A stretch of 64,000 nt of DNA, from assembly GCA_963748625.1 (NCBI GenBank), contig CAVVJT010000004.1:640001-704000 (forward strand). The letters run 5' to 3'. The stretch is from an uncultured Chloroflexia bacterium (GTDB lineage Bacteria > Chloroflexota > Limnocylindria > Limnocylindrales > CSP1-4). Positions 10,008 through 19,309 of this stretch are shown piece after piece (within the stretch, counting starts at the first letter, position 1; each line of letters begins with the position of its first letter). The translations under genes and the position numbers were made by a program. The notes beneath the pieces were generated by a model. The model had not been told where the DNA came from. It worked only from the letters and a program-made list of their open reading frames with translations, and made no database searches.

Positions 10008-11243
10008 GTGGACAATCCTCGCGCACGAGCACCCAGGCTGCGGACGTGCCTGCTCCTGGCCGTGAGCCTGGTGGTGGCCGCCTGCGCCACGGCTCCGTCC
10101 CCCACCCCGGCTCCGGCTACGACCGACCCCGCGTGGAACCCGCTCCGGGACGTGATCGACCAGTCCGCGGCCGTGTGGGACGCCCATCAGCCCGGCGCGT
10201 TCGCCTACACCGTGGCGCTGGCCGAGGGTCCGGCGACCGGGAGCTCCCGCTATCGGGTGTCGTCGCTGGAGGGCGAGGTCGATGCCCAGCACCTCGACGG
10301 CGACGACGCGGCGCTGACCGCGGCCGACCTCTCGGTCACGGCGCTGTACGAGCGGGCACGCGCGTCCCTGGACGCCGGGGCGAAGGTGGCCCTGGCCGTC
10401 GATCGCACGTACGGGATGCCTACCACCATCAATGTGGACGGTGCGGGCACGGACCTCGACTGGTCGGCCGAGCTCACGGACCTGGTCGTGGCGGGCGATC
10501 CTGCCTCAGGCCCACTCGCCCAGAACGCCATGGGCGCGGTCGTGGACCGGTGGTCTCGCCGCCTGCCCGACGAGTTCGAGTACCGCTGGACGCGGTACCG
10601 CGCCAAGGACGGGCCCGTCGCCTCCACCATCTGGAACGTCCGGTCCGAGAACGGCAGGATGCGCTCCTCGTCGGAGGCCGAGGCGGCAGGCGCGGTGCCG
10701 CCGGAGACCGCGACGCCGGGCGGCACCCTGGACCTGCTCCAGCGCGAGATCGCCGGCGGGGCATGGGTGGACGTCGCGGCCGACAGTGCGACGGGTCGGG
10801 ACATCCTGGTCGCGGTGGATCCGTCCGGGTCGGTCGCGGGTGATGCGTACTGGATCCGGGTCGACTTCACCGATCTCGTGGCCGAGAAGTCCCGCGATGC
10901 CCAGGTGGCCGCGGTGCGACGGTGGACCGCCGGAGCGCCTGCCTCCTACAGCTACACCTGGCGCTTCCGGGGCGACGGCCGAGACCTGGACTACCGGGTG
11001 CGCGTGAACGGTGACGAGGTCACGATCCGCCCGCTCGACGGGTCCCCGGCAGCTGAGGGGACGTGGGCGTCACCGCGGATCGACGACACGCTCGCGATGC
11101 TGGGGGAGGTGCTCGACGACGGCGGACTGGTCAAAGCCACGTATCACAAGCGCCTCGGCTACCTCCAGAAGGCCGTGATCGTGCCGCACGGTGAGGCCGG
11201 CCGCGACGGGACCATCACGATCACCGGTTTCGACGTCCCCTGA
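10008..11243 (+). CDS. Lipoprotein with three repeated DUF6174-like domains
   Basis: Lipobox VVAAC; three repeats beginning WDAHQPGAFAYTV, WSRRLPDEFEYRW and WTAGAPASYSYTW. Confidence 0.65.
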   Translation: MDNPRARAPRLRTCLLLAVSLVVAACATAPSPTPAPATTDPAWNPLRDVIDQSAAVWDAHQPGAFAYTVALAEGPATGSSRYRVSSLEGEVDAQHLDGDDAALTAADLSVTALYERARASLDAGAKVALAVDRTYGMPTTINVDGAGTDLDWSAELTDLVVAGDPASGPLAQNAMGAVVDRWSRRLPDEFEYRWTRYRAKDGPVASTIWNVRSENGRMRSSSEAEAAGAVPPETATPGGTLDLLQREIAGGAWVDVAADSATGRDILVAVDPSGSVAGDAYWIRVDFTDLVAEKSRDAQVAAVRRWTAGAPASYSYTWRFRGDGRDLDYRVRVNGDEVTIRPLDGSPAAEGTWASPRIDDTLAMLGEVLDDGGLVKATYHKRLGYLQKAVIVPHGEAGRDGTITITGFDVP

Positions 11244-11260
11244 CGCCTGGCCGGGCGAGA

Positions 11261-12040
11261 TCAGGCCTCGGTGGCGCGCAGCGCCTCGCGGACTTCGGTC
11301 ACCAGCTCGAAGTAGCGGGAGTCCTCGCGGACCTCGTCCGTCCGGGGCCTCGGCAGGTCGATGTCCACGATGCGGGTGATCCGGCCGGGCCGCGCGCTCA
11401 TCACCACCACGCGCGTGCTCAGGTACACGGCCTCCGGGATCGAGTGGGTCACGAACACGATCGTCGTCCCGGTCCGCTCCCAGATCCGGAGCACCTCGTC
11501 GTTCATGCGCTCGCGGGTCATCTCGTCGAGCGCGCCGAAGGGCTCGTCCATCAGCAGGATCCGCGGCTCGAACGAGAGGGCGCGGGCGATCGCCACCCGC
11601 TGCTGCATGCCCCCCGAGAGCTGGTAGGGCATGTGCCGCGCAAACCCGGAGAGGTCGACGAGCTCCAGCAGCTCGCCGGCCCGCCGGCGACGCCTGGCCG
11701 CATCCCACCCTACGATCTCGAGCGGCAGCTCCACGTTGCCCTCGACCGTCCGCCAGTCGAACAGCACCGGCTGCTGGAAGACCATGCCGTAGTCGCGGTC
11801 GCGGCGGGCCTGGCCCGCAGGCTTGCCGTTGACCGTCACCTCGCCGGTGGTGGCCGCCACAAGGTCCGCGATCACGCGCAGCAGCGTGGACTTGCCGCAC
11901 CCGGACGGCCCGATAAGCGAGACGAGCTCACCCTGCCCGATGTCGAGGTCGATGCCTGCGAGCGCGGCCGTGGTTGAGCCGTCGTGGCCCGCGAAGCGCT
12001 TCTCGACGCCGCGCACGCGGACAGCGGGCGCGGCGTCCAT
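11261..12040 (-). CDS. ABC transporter ATP-binding protein (NitT/TauT family)
   Basis: GPSGCGKST, YQLSGGMQQRVAIARAL, LLMDEPFGALDEMTR, FVTHSIPEAV. Confidence 0.95.
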   Translation of the reverse strand: MDAAPAVRVRGVEKRFAGHDGSTTAALAGIDLDIGQGELVSLIGPSGCGKSTLLRVIADLVAATTGEVTVNGKPAGQARRDRDYGMVFQQPVLFDWRTVEGNVELPLEIVGWDAARRRRRAGELLELVDLSGFARHMPYQLSGGMQQRVAIARALSFEPRILLMDEPFGALDEMTRERMNDEVLRIWERTGTTIVFVTHSIPEAVYLSTRVVVMSARPGRITRIVDIDLPRPRTDEVREDSRYFELVTEVREALRATEA

Positions 12041-12063
12041 GCCGGTGGAGGAGTCCGGGGGCG

Positions 12064-13398
12064 CTACCCCACCACCGCCTGGTCGGCGATGTCGAGCGCC
12101 TTGTCGATCAGCTCGAAGCCCTCGGCCAGCTGCTCCTCGGTGATGCACAGGGGCGGGTTGGTGTGGACCGAGTTGTTGGCGAGCATGATGTAGACGCCGT
12201 TGTCCCGGAAGAACTTGCCGATCGCCTTCATCTCGGCACTGGTGCCGTTGAACGGCGTCAGCGGCGTCCAGGGATCCTGGCTGCGGACAAGGTCCAGGAT
12301 GCCGAACAGGCCGATGTTGCGGTGGGCGCCCACGGACGGGTGCCTGGCCGCGAGCTTCTCGTGCCAGCCGCGCATGACCTCGCCCATCCGGGCGGCGTTG
12401 CCGACGAGATCGTCGTCCTCGTAGACCTGGATGGTCGCGAGGGCCGCTGCCATCGACACCGGGTGCGACGAGTACGTGAGGCCGCCGTAGAACATGTGGC
12501 TGTCGAGCCACTCCGCGATGTGGTCGCGCACGGCGACCGCACCCAGCGGCAGGTAGGACGACGTGAGGCCCTTGGCCATCGTCATGAGGTCGGGCGTGAC
12601 GCCCCAGTGATCCACGGCGAACCACCTGCCCGTCCGGCCGAAGCCCGCCATGACCTCGTCGCAGGCCATCATGATCCCGTAGCGATCGCAGATCTCGCGG
12701 ACGCCGGCGAGATAGCCGTCGGGCGGGATGAGGATGCCGTTGGTGCCCACGACGGTCTCGAGGAAGACCGCGGCGATCGTGTTCGGCCCCTCGTACTTGA
12801 TGACGTCCTCCAGCCCCTGGAGGGACTCGCCCACCGGACGCGGCTCCTTCTCGCCCCAGCGGTGGGTGTCGGGGTAGCGCACGACCCCCACGATGCCCGG
12901 CTCGTTGGCCCAGCGGCGGTAGTCGCCGGTGAGGGTCATCGCGCCCGCGGTTGCACCATGGTACGAGCGGTAGCGGGCGAGGATCTTCTGGCGGCCCGTG
13001 ACGTGGCGCGCGAGCTTGATCGCGTTCTCCACCGCCTCGGCCCCGCCGAGCGTGAAGAAGACCTTGTTCATGTCACCCGGAAGGATCTCTGCCATCTTCG
13101 CGCCGAGCCTGGCGCGCATCTCGGTGGCGAACGCCGGCTGCACATACTGGAGCTTCGTCGCCTGCTCGGTGATCGCGCGCACGACGCGCTGGTCGCCATG
13201 CCCGATGTTGACCGACATCAGCTGGCTGTTGAAGTCGAGGATCCGCTTGCCCTCGGGCGTGTAGAGGTACACCCCCTCGGCCCGGTCGATCGCGATCGGG
13301 TCCACGGCCCCCTGGACCGACCAGCTGAAGATGGTGTGCTTGCGCGAGAGGGAGACGATCTCCTCGCTGGTCATGCCGGGCGCGGCGCTGATGCCCAT
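12064..13398 (-). CDS. Class III PLP aminotransferase (beta-alanine/taurine-pyruvate type)
   Basis: GGAEAVENAIK, SYHGAT, DEVMAGFGRTG, DLMTMAKGLTS, GLTYSSHP; GGAGGA RBS. Confidence 0.93.
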   Translation of the reverse strand: MGISAAPGMTSEEIVSLSRKHTIFSWSVQGAVDPIAIDRAEGVYLYTPEGKRILDFNSQLMSVNIGHGDQRVVRAITEQATKLQYVQPAFATEMRARLGAKMAEILPGDMNKVFFTLGGAEAVENAIKLARHVTGRQKILARYRSYHGATAGAMTLTGDYRRWANEPGIVGVVRYPDTHRWGEKEPRPVGESLQGLEDVIKYEGPNTIAAVFLETVVGTNGILIPPDGYLAGVREICDRYGIMMACDEVMAGFGRTGRWFAVDHWGVTPDLMTMAKGLTSSYLPLGAVAVRDHIAEWLDSHMFYGGLTYSSHPVSMAAALATIQVYEDDDLVGNAARMGEVMRGWHEKLAARHPSVGAHRNIGLFGILDLVRSQDPWTPLTPFNGTSAEMKAIGKFFRDNGVYIMLANNSVHTNPPLCITEEQLAEGFELIDKALDIADQAVVG

Positions 13399-13656
13399 GG
13401 TCCTCCGTTCCGGGCGGCTCCGTGGCCTGCCCGCATGCTCCCGCGATCGACGGATCGCGGCTCGACCTGTGTGAATTACACCACACCACCGGGGCACTCC
13501 TGACCCCGGACCCGATGCTCCCGCACCGCGGGCCATCCCGCCTCGACGTCGAACGCCGCTCCGCGCCGCGATCTCCGCGAGACAGGACCGCCGGCACCCG
13601 ACGATGCCCCGTTGGAGGCAGGGCAGATCGCGGGGATCGGGGGCACAATCGGGCAC

Positions 13657-15201
13657 ATGGCAAGCATGCGCGCGGTCCCCCTCCTGGCAGCGCTCCTTGC
13701 CGTGATGGCGGTCACCGCAAGCCCGGCGCCGGTCGGGGCCGCCGGTGACAGGGTCGCCCCCGTGTCGTCAGCACCGAGGGCCGTGCTCCGGACCGGCGCC
13801 GCGGTCACCTCCGAGGGAGTCCCGTTCCGGGCGACATGGCAGGCCTCGGACGCGTCGGGCATCGCCCGGTACAGGGTGCAGGTGCGCATCGACGGAGGCA
13901 GCTGGGCCCCGGTGGCCACCACCTCGCGCACTGCCCGGTCCACGACCCTGCGCGTGCCCCCGCCCCACGAGGCGCAGCTTCGCGTGCGGGCCACCGACCG
14001 GGCCGGCAACACCGGGCCGTGGGTCATCGGGCCCGCCTTCCGGGTGCGACGCCTCGCAGAGGCTGATGCCGCCGTGACCTGGACCGGCACCTGGTCAGTT
14101 GTCCGCTCGGCGGGCTACCTGGAGGGCTCGGCCCGGCGGACGGACCGGGCGGGCGCGTCGGCGACGCTCGACTTCACGGGCACGCAGGTCGCCTGGATCG
14201 GCCGGCGGGCCCCGTCCGGTGGCCGCGCGGTCGCGACGGCATCGGGCGCGGCCGCGGTCAACGTCGACCTTGAGGCCCCGGCGGCGAAGGACCGGCGGCT
14301 CCTGGCGGCCATGGCGTGGCCGTCTCCGGCACGGCGCACCCTGGCGGTCACCGGCCGGGGCGGCGGCAACACCTGGGTGGACGGCTTCGTCGTCGTGGAC
14401 GCGCCCGCCACGGACCCCGTCCTGGTGGGGGCCGGCGACATCGCCACGTGTGGCCTGGTGGGCGACAACCGGACCGCGCGACTCCTCGACGGGATCGCCG
14501 GACGGGTCTTCGCCGCGGGGGACACCGCCTATCCGTCGGGGAGCGCAGCCCAGTTCCGCGACTGCTACGACGCGAGTTGGGGTCGCTGGCGGCTGCGGAC
14601 CTCGCCGGCGCCCGGCAACCACGAGTACCGGACCGCGGGCGCCTCCGGCTACTTCGGCTACTTCGGCTCGCGAGCGGGCGTCGCCGGCAAGGGCTGGTAC
14701 GCCTACGACCTGGGCACGTGGCGTGTATACAACCTCAACGCGAACTGCACCCGGGTAGGCTGCGGGCCGTCCTCCGAGCAAGTCGCCTGGCTGGCGGCCG
14801 ACCTGGCCGCGCACCCTCACGCGTGCGTTGCCGCCGTCTGGCATCAGCCGCTCTTCTCCTCCGGCGAGCACGGCGCCGACCCAGCGGTCCGCACCCTGTG
14901 GCGGACGCTGGATGAGGCCGGCGCCGACCTCGTGCTCAACGGGCACGACCACGACTACGAGCGCTTCGCGGCGCAGGACGCTGACGGCCGCGCCGATCCT
15001 CACGGCATGGTGTCGTTCGTCGTCGGAACCGGAGGTGCCGATCTCCGCCCGTTCGGCGCCATCGCCGCCAACAGCCTGGTCCGGGATCACTCGGCCCACG
15101 GCGTGCTCAAGCTCACGCTGCGGCCCGACGGGTACGACTTCGCCTTCGTGCCGGTGCCCGGCGCAACCTTCCGCGACAGCGGCTCCGGGACCTGTCGGTA
15201 G
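13657..15201 (+). CDS. Secreted calcineurin-like metallophosphoesterase with N-terminal beta-rich domains
   Basis: Signal peptide; GAGDIA, AGDTAY, PGNHEY, WHQP, LNGHDHDYER motifs. Confidence 0.88.
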   Translation: MASMRAVPLLAALLAVMAVTASPAPVGAAGDRVAPVSSAPRAVLRTGAAVTSEGVPFRATWQASDASGIARYRVQVRIDGGSWAPVATTSRTARSTTLRVPPPHEAQLRVRATDRAGNTGPWVIGPAFRVRRLAEADAAVTWTGTWSVVRSAGYLEGSARRTDRAGASATLDFTGTQVAWIGRRAPSGGRAVATASGAAAVNVDLEAPAAKDRRLLAAMAWPSPARRTLAVTGRGGGNTWVDGFVVVDAPATDPVLVGAGDIATCGLVGDNRTARLLDGIAGRVFAAGDTAYPSGSAAQFRDCYDASWGRWRLRTSPAPGNHEYRTAGASGYFGYFGSRAGVAGKGWYAYDLGTWRVYNLNANCTRVGCGPSSEQVAWLAADLAAHPHACVAAVWHQPLFSSGEHGADPAVRTLWRTLDEAGADLVLNGHDHDYERFAAQDADGRADPHGMVSFVVGTGGADLRPFGAIAANSLVRDHSAHGVLKLTLRPDGYDFAFVPVPGATFRDSGSGTCR

Positions 15202-15327
15202 CGTCCGGACTCGCGCCTGCCAGAGGCGTATGCTCACGCGCATCATGGCCCCCGGGCGCCGCCCGGAGGCCAGCCGTCCGACAACGGCCGGCCCGCTGCA
15301 CGGGCACACTTCGAGGAGGCTGACCGC

Positions 15328-16179
15328 ATGACCCGAATCGTCCGAGGCGCGCTCCTGCAGGCAACCTGGACCGGCGACAAGGAGTCGATGATCCAGAAGC
15401 ACGAGGGGTACGTCCACGAGGCGAAGAAGCAGGGCGCCCAGTTCATGCTCTTCCAGGAGCTGTTCTACGGCCCGTACTTCTGCCAGGTGCAGGACAAGAA
15501 GTACTACTCGTACACCGAGCTCATCCCCGACGGCCCCACCACCAAGCGCTTCCAGGCGCTGGCGAAGGAGACCGGCATGGTCCTCGTCGTCCCGATGTAC
15601 GAGGAGGACAGCCAGACCACCGGGGTCTACTACAACACCGCCGCCGTCATCGACGCCGACGGGACATACCTGGGCAAGTACCGCAAGACCCACATCCCGC
15701 ACGTCCAGGGCTTCTGGGAGAAGTTCTACTTCCGTCCCGGCAACCTCGGCTACCCGGTCTTCGAGACGGCGGTCGGGCGGGTCGGCGTGTACATCTGCTA
15801 CGACCGGCACTTCCCGGAGGGCGCGCGCGCGCTGGGCCTCAACGGCGCCGAGATCGTCCTGATCCCGTCGGCCACGTCACGCGGCCTGTCCGAGTACCTG
15901 TGGCGCGTCGAGCAGGTCAGCCACTCGCTCGCGAACGGGTACTTCGTCGGCACGATCAACCGCGTCGGCATCGAGAAGGAGATCGGGCCGGACGACTTCT
16001 ACGGCCAGAGCTACTTCGTGGACCCGCTGGGCCAGTTCGTGGGCTCCGTGGGCAGCCCCTACGACGAGGAGCTGATCATCCGCGACCTGGACTTCGAGAT
16101 GGTCAAGAAGGTCCGCGAGACCTGGCAGTTCTACCGCGACCGCCGGCCGGACATGTACGGCGACCTCATCCGCCCCTAG
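15328..16179 (+). CDS. Nitrilase-family N-carbamoylase (likely beta-ureidopropionase)
   Basis: E-K-C triad: FQELF, YRKTHIP, ICYDRHFPE; FWEKFYFRPGN; same cluster as dihydropyrimidinase. Confidence 0.9.
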   Translation: MTRIVRGALLQATWTGDKESMIQKHEGYVHEAKKQGAQFMLFQELFYGPYFCQVQDKKYYSYTELIPDGPTTKRFQALAKETGMVLVVPMYEEDSQTTGVYYNTAAVIDADGTYLGKYRKTHIPHVQGFWEKFYFRPGNLGYPVFETAVGRVGVYICYDRHFPEGARALGLNGAEIVLIPSATSRGLSEYLWRVEQVSHSLANGYFVGTINRVGIEKEIGPDDFYGQSYFVDPLGQFVGSVGSPYDEELIIRDLDFEMVKKVRETWQFYRDRRPDMYGDLIRP

Positions 16180-16306
16180 GCCGACCTAGAGCCGTTCGGC
16201 AGGGTTGCGAGCACGCTGCCGTCCGGTATGATCCCGCGCGGCTCGGCTGTCTGGAGGAGGACGGCCGAGCCGCTCGATTCTCACGGGCCCCCACGAGAGG
16301 ACGAGC

Positions 16307-17315
16307 ATGCAGTTCGGGTTCACGCTCAAGCCTGACCACTCCATCGAGCGGACGCTGGCGCTCACGAGGCAGGCCGAGCAGGCCGGCTTCACCTACGGCT
16401 GGCTGTTCGACAGCCACGTGCTGTGGCGGGACCCGTACCCGCTCCTGACGCTCATGGCCCAGGCGACGAAGACCATGCGCCTGGGCACCTGCGTGACCAA
16501 TCCGGCCACCCGTGAGCCGTCGGTGACAGCCTCCTCGCTGGCGGTGCTCAACGAGCTCTCCGGCGGCCGCATGGACCTGGGCATCGGGCGGGGCGACTCC
16601 GCGCGCCGGGTCCTGGGCAAGGCGCCGACGACCATGAAGGACCTCGAGCAGGCGGTCCACGTGATCCGGGCGCTCGCCGAGGGGCGCGGCATCGAGTTCG
16701 AAGGCACGATGCTGGAGCTGGGCTGGACCCCGGGGCACCGGCTCCCTGTCTGGATCGCGGGTTACGGTCCCGTGGCGCTCAAGCTCACCGGCCGCATCGC
16801 CGACGGGGCCATGCTCCAGATCGGCGACCCGGACCTCATCCGCTGGTTCGTGTCCCAGGTGCGCGCGTCCGCCGAGGAGTCGGGACGCGACCCGGACATG
16901 GTCCAGGTGATGGCGGCAGCGCCCGGCGCACGTGGGCGACCTGGCCGACGCCCGCGATCGCACCCGGTGGTTCCCGGCCCTGGTCGGCAACCACGTGGTG
17001 GACCTCGTGAACAAGTACCCGCGCGAGGACCTTCCGCCCGAGCTGACGGCCTACATCCGGGACCGTGAGAGCTACGACTACCTCCATCACGCGGAGGTCG
17101 GCTCGTCGAATGCCTCGTTCGTGACCGACGAGATCGTGGACCGCTTCTGCCTGGTGGGCTCGGTGGAGCAGCACATCGCGCGGCTCCGGGAGCTGGCGGA
17201 CGCCGGCGTGAGCCAGTTCAACCTCTACCTGATGAACGGGAACGAGGAGGAGCAGCTCGCGATCTACGGGAAGGAGATCATCCCGGCGTTCCGGGAGGCG
17301 TCCACCAAGGGCTAG
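16307..17315 (+). CDS. LLM-class (probably F420-dependent, TIGR03842-like) oxidoreductase; one +1 frameshift at ~16922
   Basis: ORFs 16307..17068 and 16932..17315 join if one C is removed from GCGCCCGGCGCAC (restores AAPAHVGD); motifs FDSHVLW, GTCVTNPATR, GIGRGDSA, WFPALVGNHV. Confidence 0.85.
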
Positions 17316-17327
17316 GCCGCCCGGAGG

Positions 17328-18530
17328 TCAGTCCTCTGGCAGGCCGCCCAGGCTCCGGGTGCGCGTGAGCCACGCGCGGCCCCGCCCGCCGAGGATGCGG
17401 AGCAGGTCCGGCGTCGACACGAACGGGAGCGGGATCAGGTCGTCCTGCGGCTGGTCCGGACCGAGCCGGAGTCCAGTGCCGTAGGCGACACCCAGGGCCA
17501 CCGCGGCGGCCGTTCCCGGGTCGAGCCGCAGATCCGGGGCCGGCGCTGCAGGAGCGCCCGGATCCGCGTGTGCCGGGAGCAGGAGGTCGAGATCGCCCAC
17601 GGCGCGGACCCCTGACGCCCGGATGGTGGTGAGGGCCTCCTCGGCCAATTCGCGAGCGCGCTCGGTGGCCCACCCGGGAAGGCGCACGCGGGCGGACCCG
17701 GCTTCCAGGGGCCGTCGCTTGGCATTGCGGGCCGCACCCGCGAGCACGAGGTAGTTCCGGGCGCCCCGGCGCATGCCAGCTCCAGCCGCTTGAACGTTGA
17801 GCTGGCGGATCAGCTCCACCTCGGGATGGGACAGCGAGCGGTTCTGGAGGTCCTCCACCGGCTGGAGCGTGCCCGGGCGCAACCCCAGGAGCCCATCGAA
17901 CGCGCGGAACAGGAAGTCGTGGTTGCGGGGATCGGCCACGACGATCGTCACCCGGTCCGGACCGGCGACGGTGGCCCAACGCTCCACGAGACGCCCATGG
18001 TGGTGCATCTGCCACTGGCTCGACGGCCGCTTGTCAGACCCTTCGGCGAACTGGACCTTGAGCCACTCGTCGAGTGTCCGCGTGTTGCCGGCTTGCACAG
18101 CCTGCTGCCACTTCGAGGCCAGGATGGCGTCGAGCTGGCGCAGCGTGATCACCACCTGGACGTCGGGACCCGTGTCGGACAGGATCCTCCGCACGGCGGC
18201 GTCGTCCGCGTGGGCGAGGAACTCCGAGCTGTACAGGACGCGCGAGGCCGTCGAGCGCCGCATCTCGCGCACGAGCCAGGTCCACCACTTGATCGGAGGG
18301 GCCTCGCGATCGTCACGCGCGAGGGCGGGGGTGCCGGCAACCGCTCGTGCCGGGGTTGCCGTGTGGCGCCGGTTGCCCGCGTAGTGCACGCCCTGGCGCT
18401 CGAGCTCGGGGCGTGCGGCCCAGCACGCGCCCTGGAGCGCCGTGGTGCCGGTCTTCGACGGGCCGATGTGCAGGATGCGCGAGCCGGCCGGCAGGGCGGC
18501 GGTCGGCAGCGTCGGTGCTTCGCTGTCCAC
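17328..18530 (-). CDS. Sulfotransferase-like P-loop protein
   Basis: LHIGPSKTGTTALQ (5'-PSB-like), YSSEFL, ITLRQLDAILASKWQQ; GTG start with GGAGG RBS. Confidence 0.7.
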   Translation of the reverse strand: MDSEAPTLPTAALPAGSRILHIGPSKTGTTALQGACWAARPELERQGVHYAGNRRHTATPARAVAGTPALARDDREAPPIKWWTWLVREMRRSTASRVLYSSEFLAHADDAAVRRILSDTGPDVQVVITLRQLDAILASKWQQAVQAGNTRTLDEWLKVQFAEGSDKRPSSQWQMHHHGRLVERWATVAGPDRVTIVVADPRNHDFLFRAFDGLLGLRPGTLQPVEDLQNRSLSHPEVELIRQLNVQAAGAGMRRGARNYLVLAGAARNAKRRPLEAGSARVRLPGWATERARELAEEALTTIRASGVRAVGDLDLLLPAHADPGAPAAPAPDLRLDPGTAAAVALGVAYGTGLRLGPDQPQDDLIPLPFVSTPDLLRILGGRGRAWLTRTRSLGGLPED

Positions 18531-18660
18531 GGGTCCTCCAGGGCGCAAGAGTACCGCCCTGCCGCGATCCGGCTCAATCCACCCACGTCCTGCGTGCGAA
18601 CCTTCGGTACGCGTGCCGTGCGTCGGCGCGAGTCCCTGTCGATCCCGCATCATCTGTGTC

Positions 18661-18981
18661 GTGCCCGGGCTCTACCTCCTCGTCATCCTGTTCTCGTTCG
18701 GCGGCGTCCTGCTGCTCGCCCACCGGTTCCTGCCGGGCGTGGTGGGCCTTCGCCTGCTGCGCCCGATCGTGGCGGTCCTCGCGGTGTTCCTCGCGTTCGA
18801 CCTGATCGGCGCGGCGCGCGGCTGGTTCGCCTCCAACCTCGACTGGGTGGTCGCGTACGTCGAGCCCGGGATCCCGCCCGAGGAGCCGCTGCTCCTCGCG
18901 TTCCTGGCGCTGTTCTCAGTCGTCCTGTTCGAGTCGTTCCGGTGGCTGGCACGCCGGCGCGGAGGCGGTCCCAATGCCTGA
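18661..18981 (+). CDS. Lycopene/C50 carotenoid cyclase small subunit (heterodimeric CrtYc/CrtYe type)
   Basis: Small TM protein, YLLVILFS...FLAFDLIGAARGWF...IPPEEPLL (PxEE motif); first gene of the crt operon. Confidence 0.75.
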   Translation: MPGLYLLVILFSFGGVLLLAHRFLPGVVGLRLLRPIVAVLAVFLAFDLIGAARGWFASNLDWVVAYVEPGIPPEEPLLLAFLALFSVVLFESFRWLARRRGGGPNA

Positions 18982-19309
18982 GTACACGCTCGCCTCGGTC
19001 CTCGTGCTCGCCCTGGGCTTCGTGGTCGCCGGGGTCGCAGGTGTGCTGCGCGAGCGGGCCGCGTGGGCGGGGCTCCTGGCGTTCGGGGCGATCACGGTCG
19101 TGGCGGACCTCATGCTGACGGGACTGCCGATCGTGACCTATGGACGCGAGCACAACGTCGGCCTGTACCTGGGACCCATGCCCATCGAGGACCTCCTGTA
19201 CGGGCTGGGGCTCTACCTGGTGGCCGTCGCGGCATGGGGCCGCCGGCCCGCGGAGGGGAACCTCCGGGCTGCCGACGTGGACCAGGGCGCCGCGGGCGCT
19301 GAACGGTGA
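18974..19309 (+). CDS. Carotenoid cyclase second subunit (CrtYd/CrtYf type)
   Basis: TVVADLMLTGLPIVTYG..N.GLYLGPMPIEDLLY (PIED motif); overlaps the previous gene. Confidence 0.8.
   Translation: MPEYTLASVLVLALGFVVAGVAGVLRERAAWAGLLAFGAITVVADLMLTGLPIVTYGREHNVGLYLGPMPIEDLLYGLGLYLVAVAAWGRRPAEGNLRAADVDQGAAGAER

Noticed and set aside
16900-16950. Programmed frameshift in the LLM gene (and similarly at ~61315)
   Set aside because: A single extra C in a short C run with no slippery heptamer; more likely a sequencing error.
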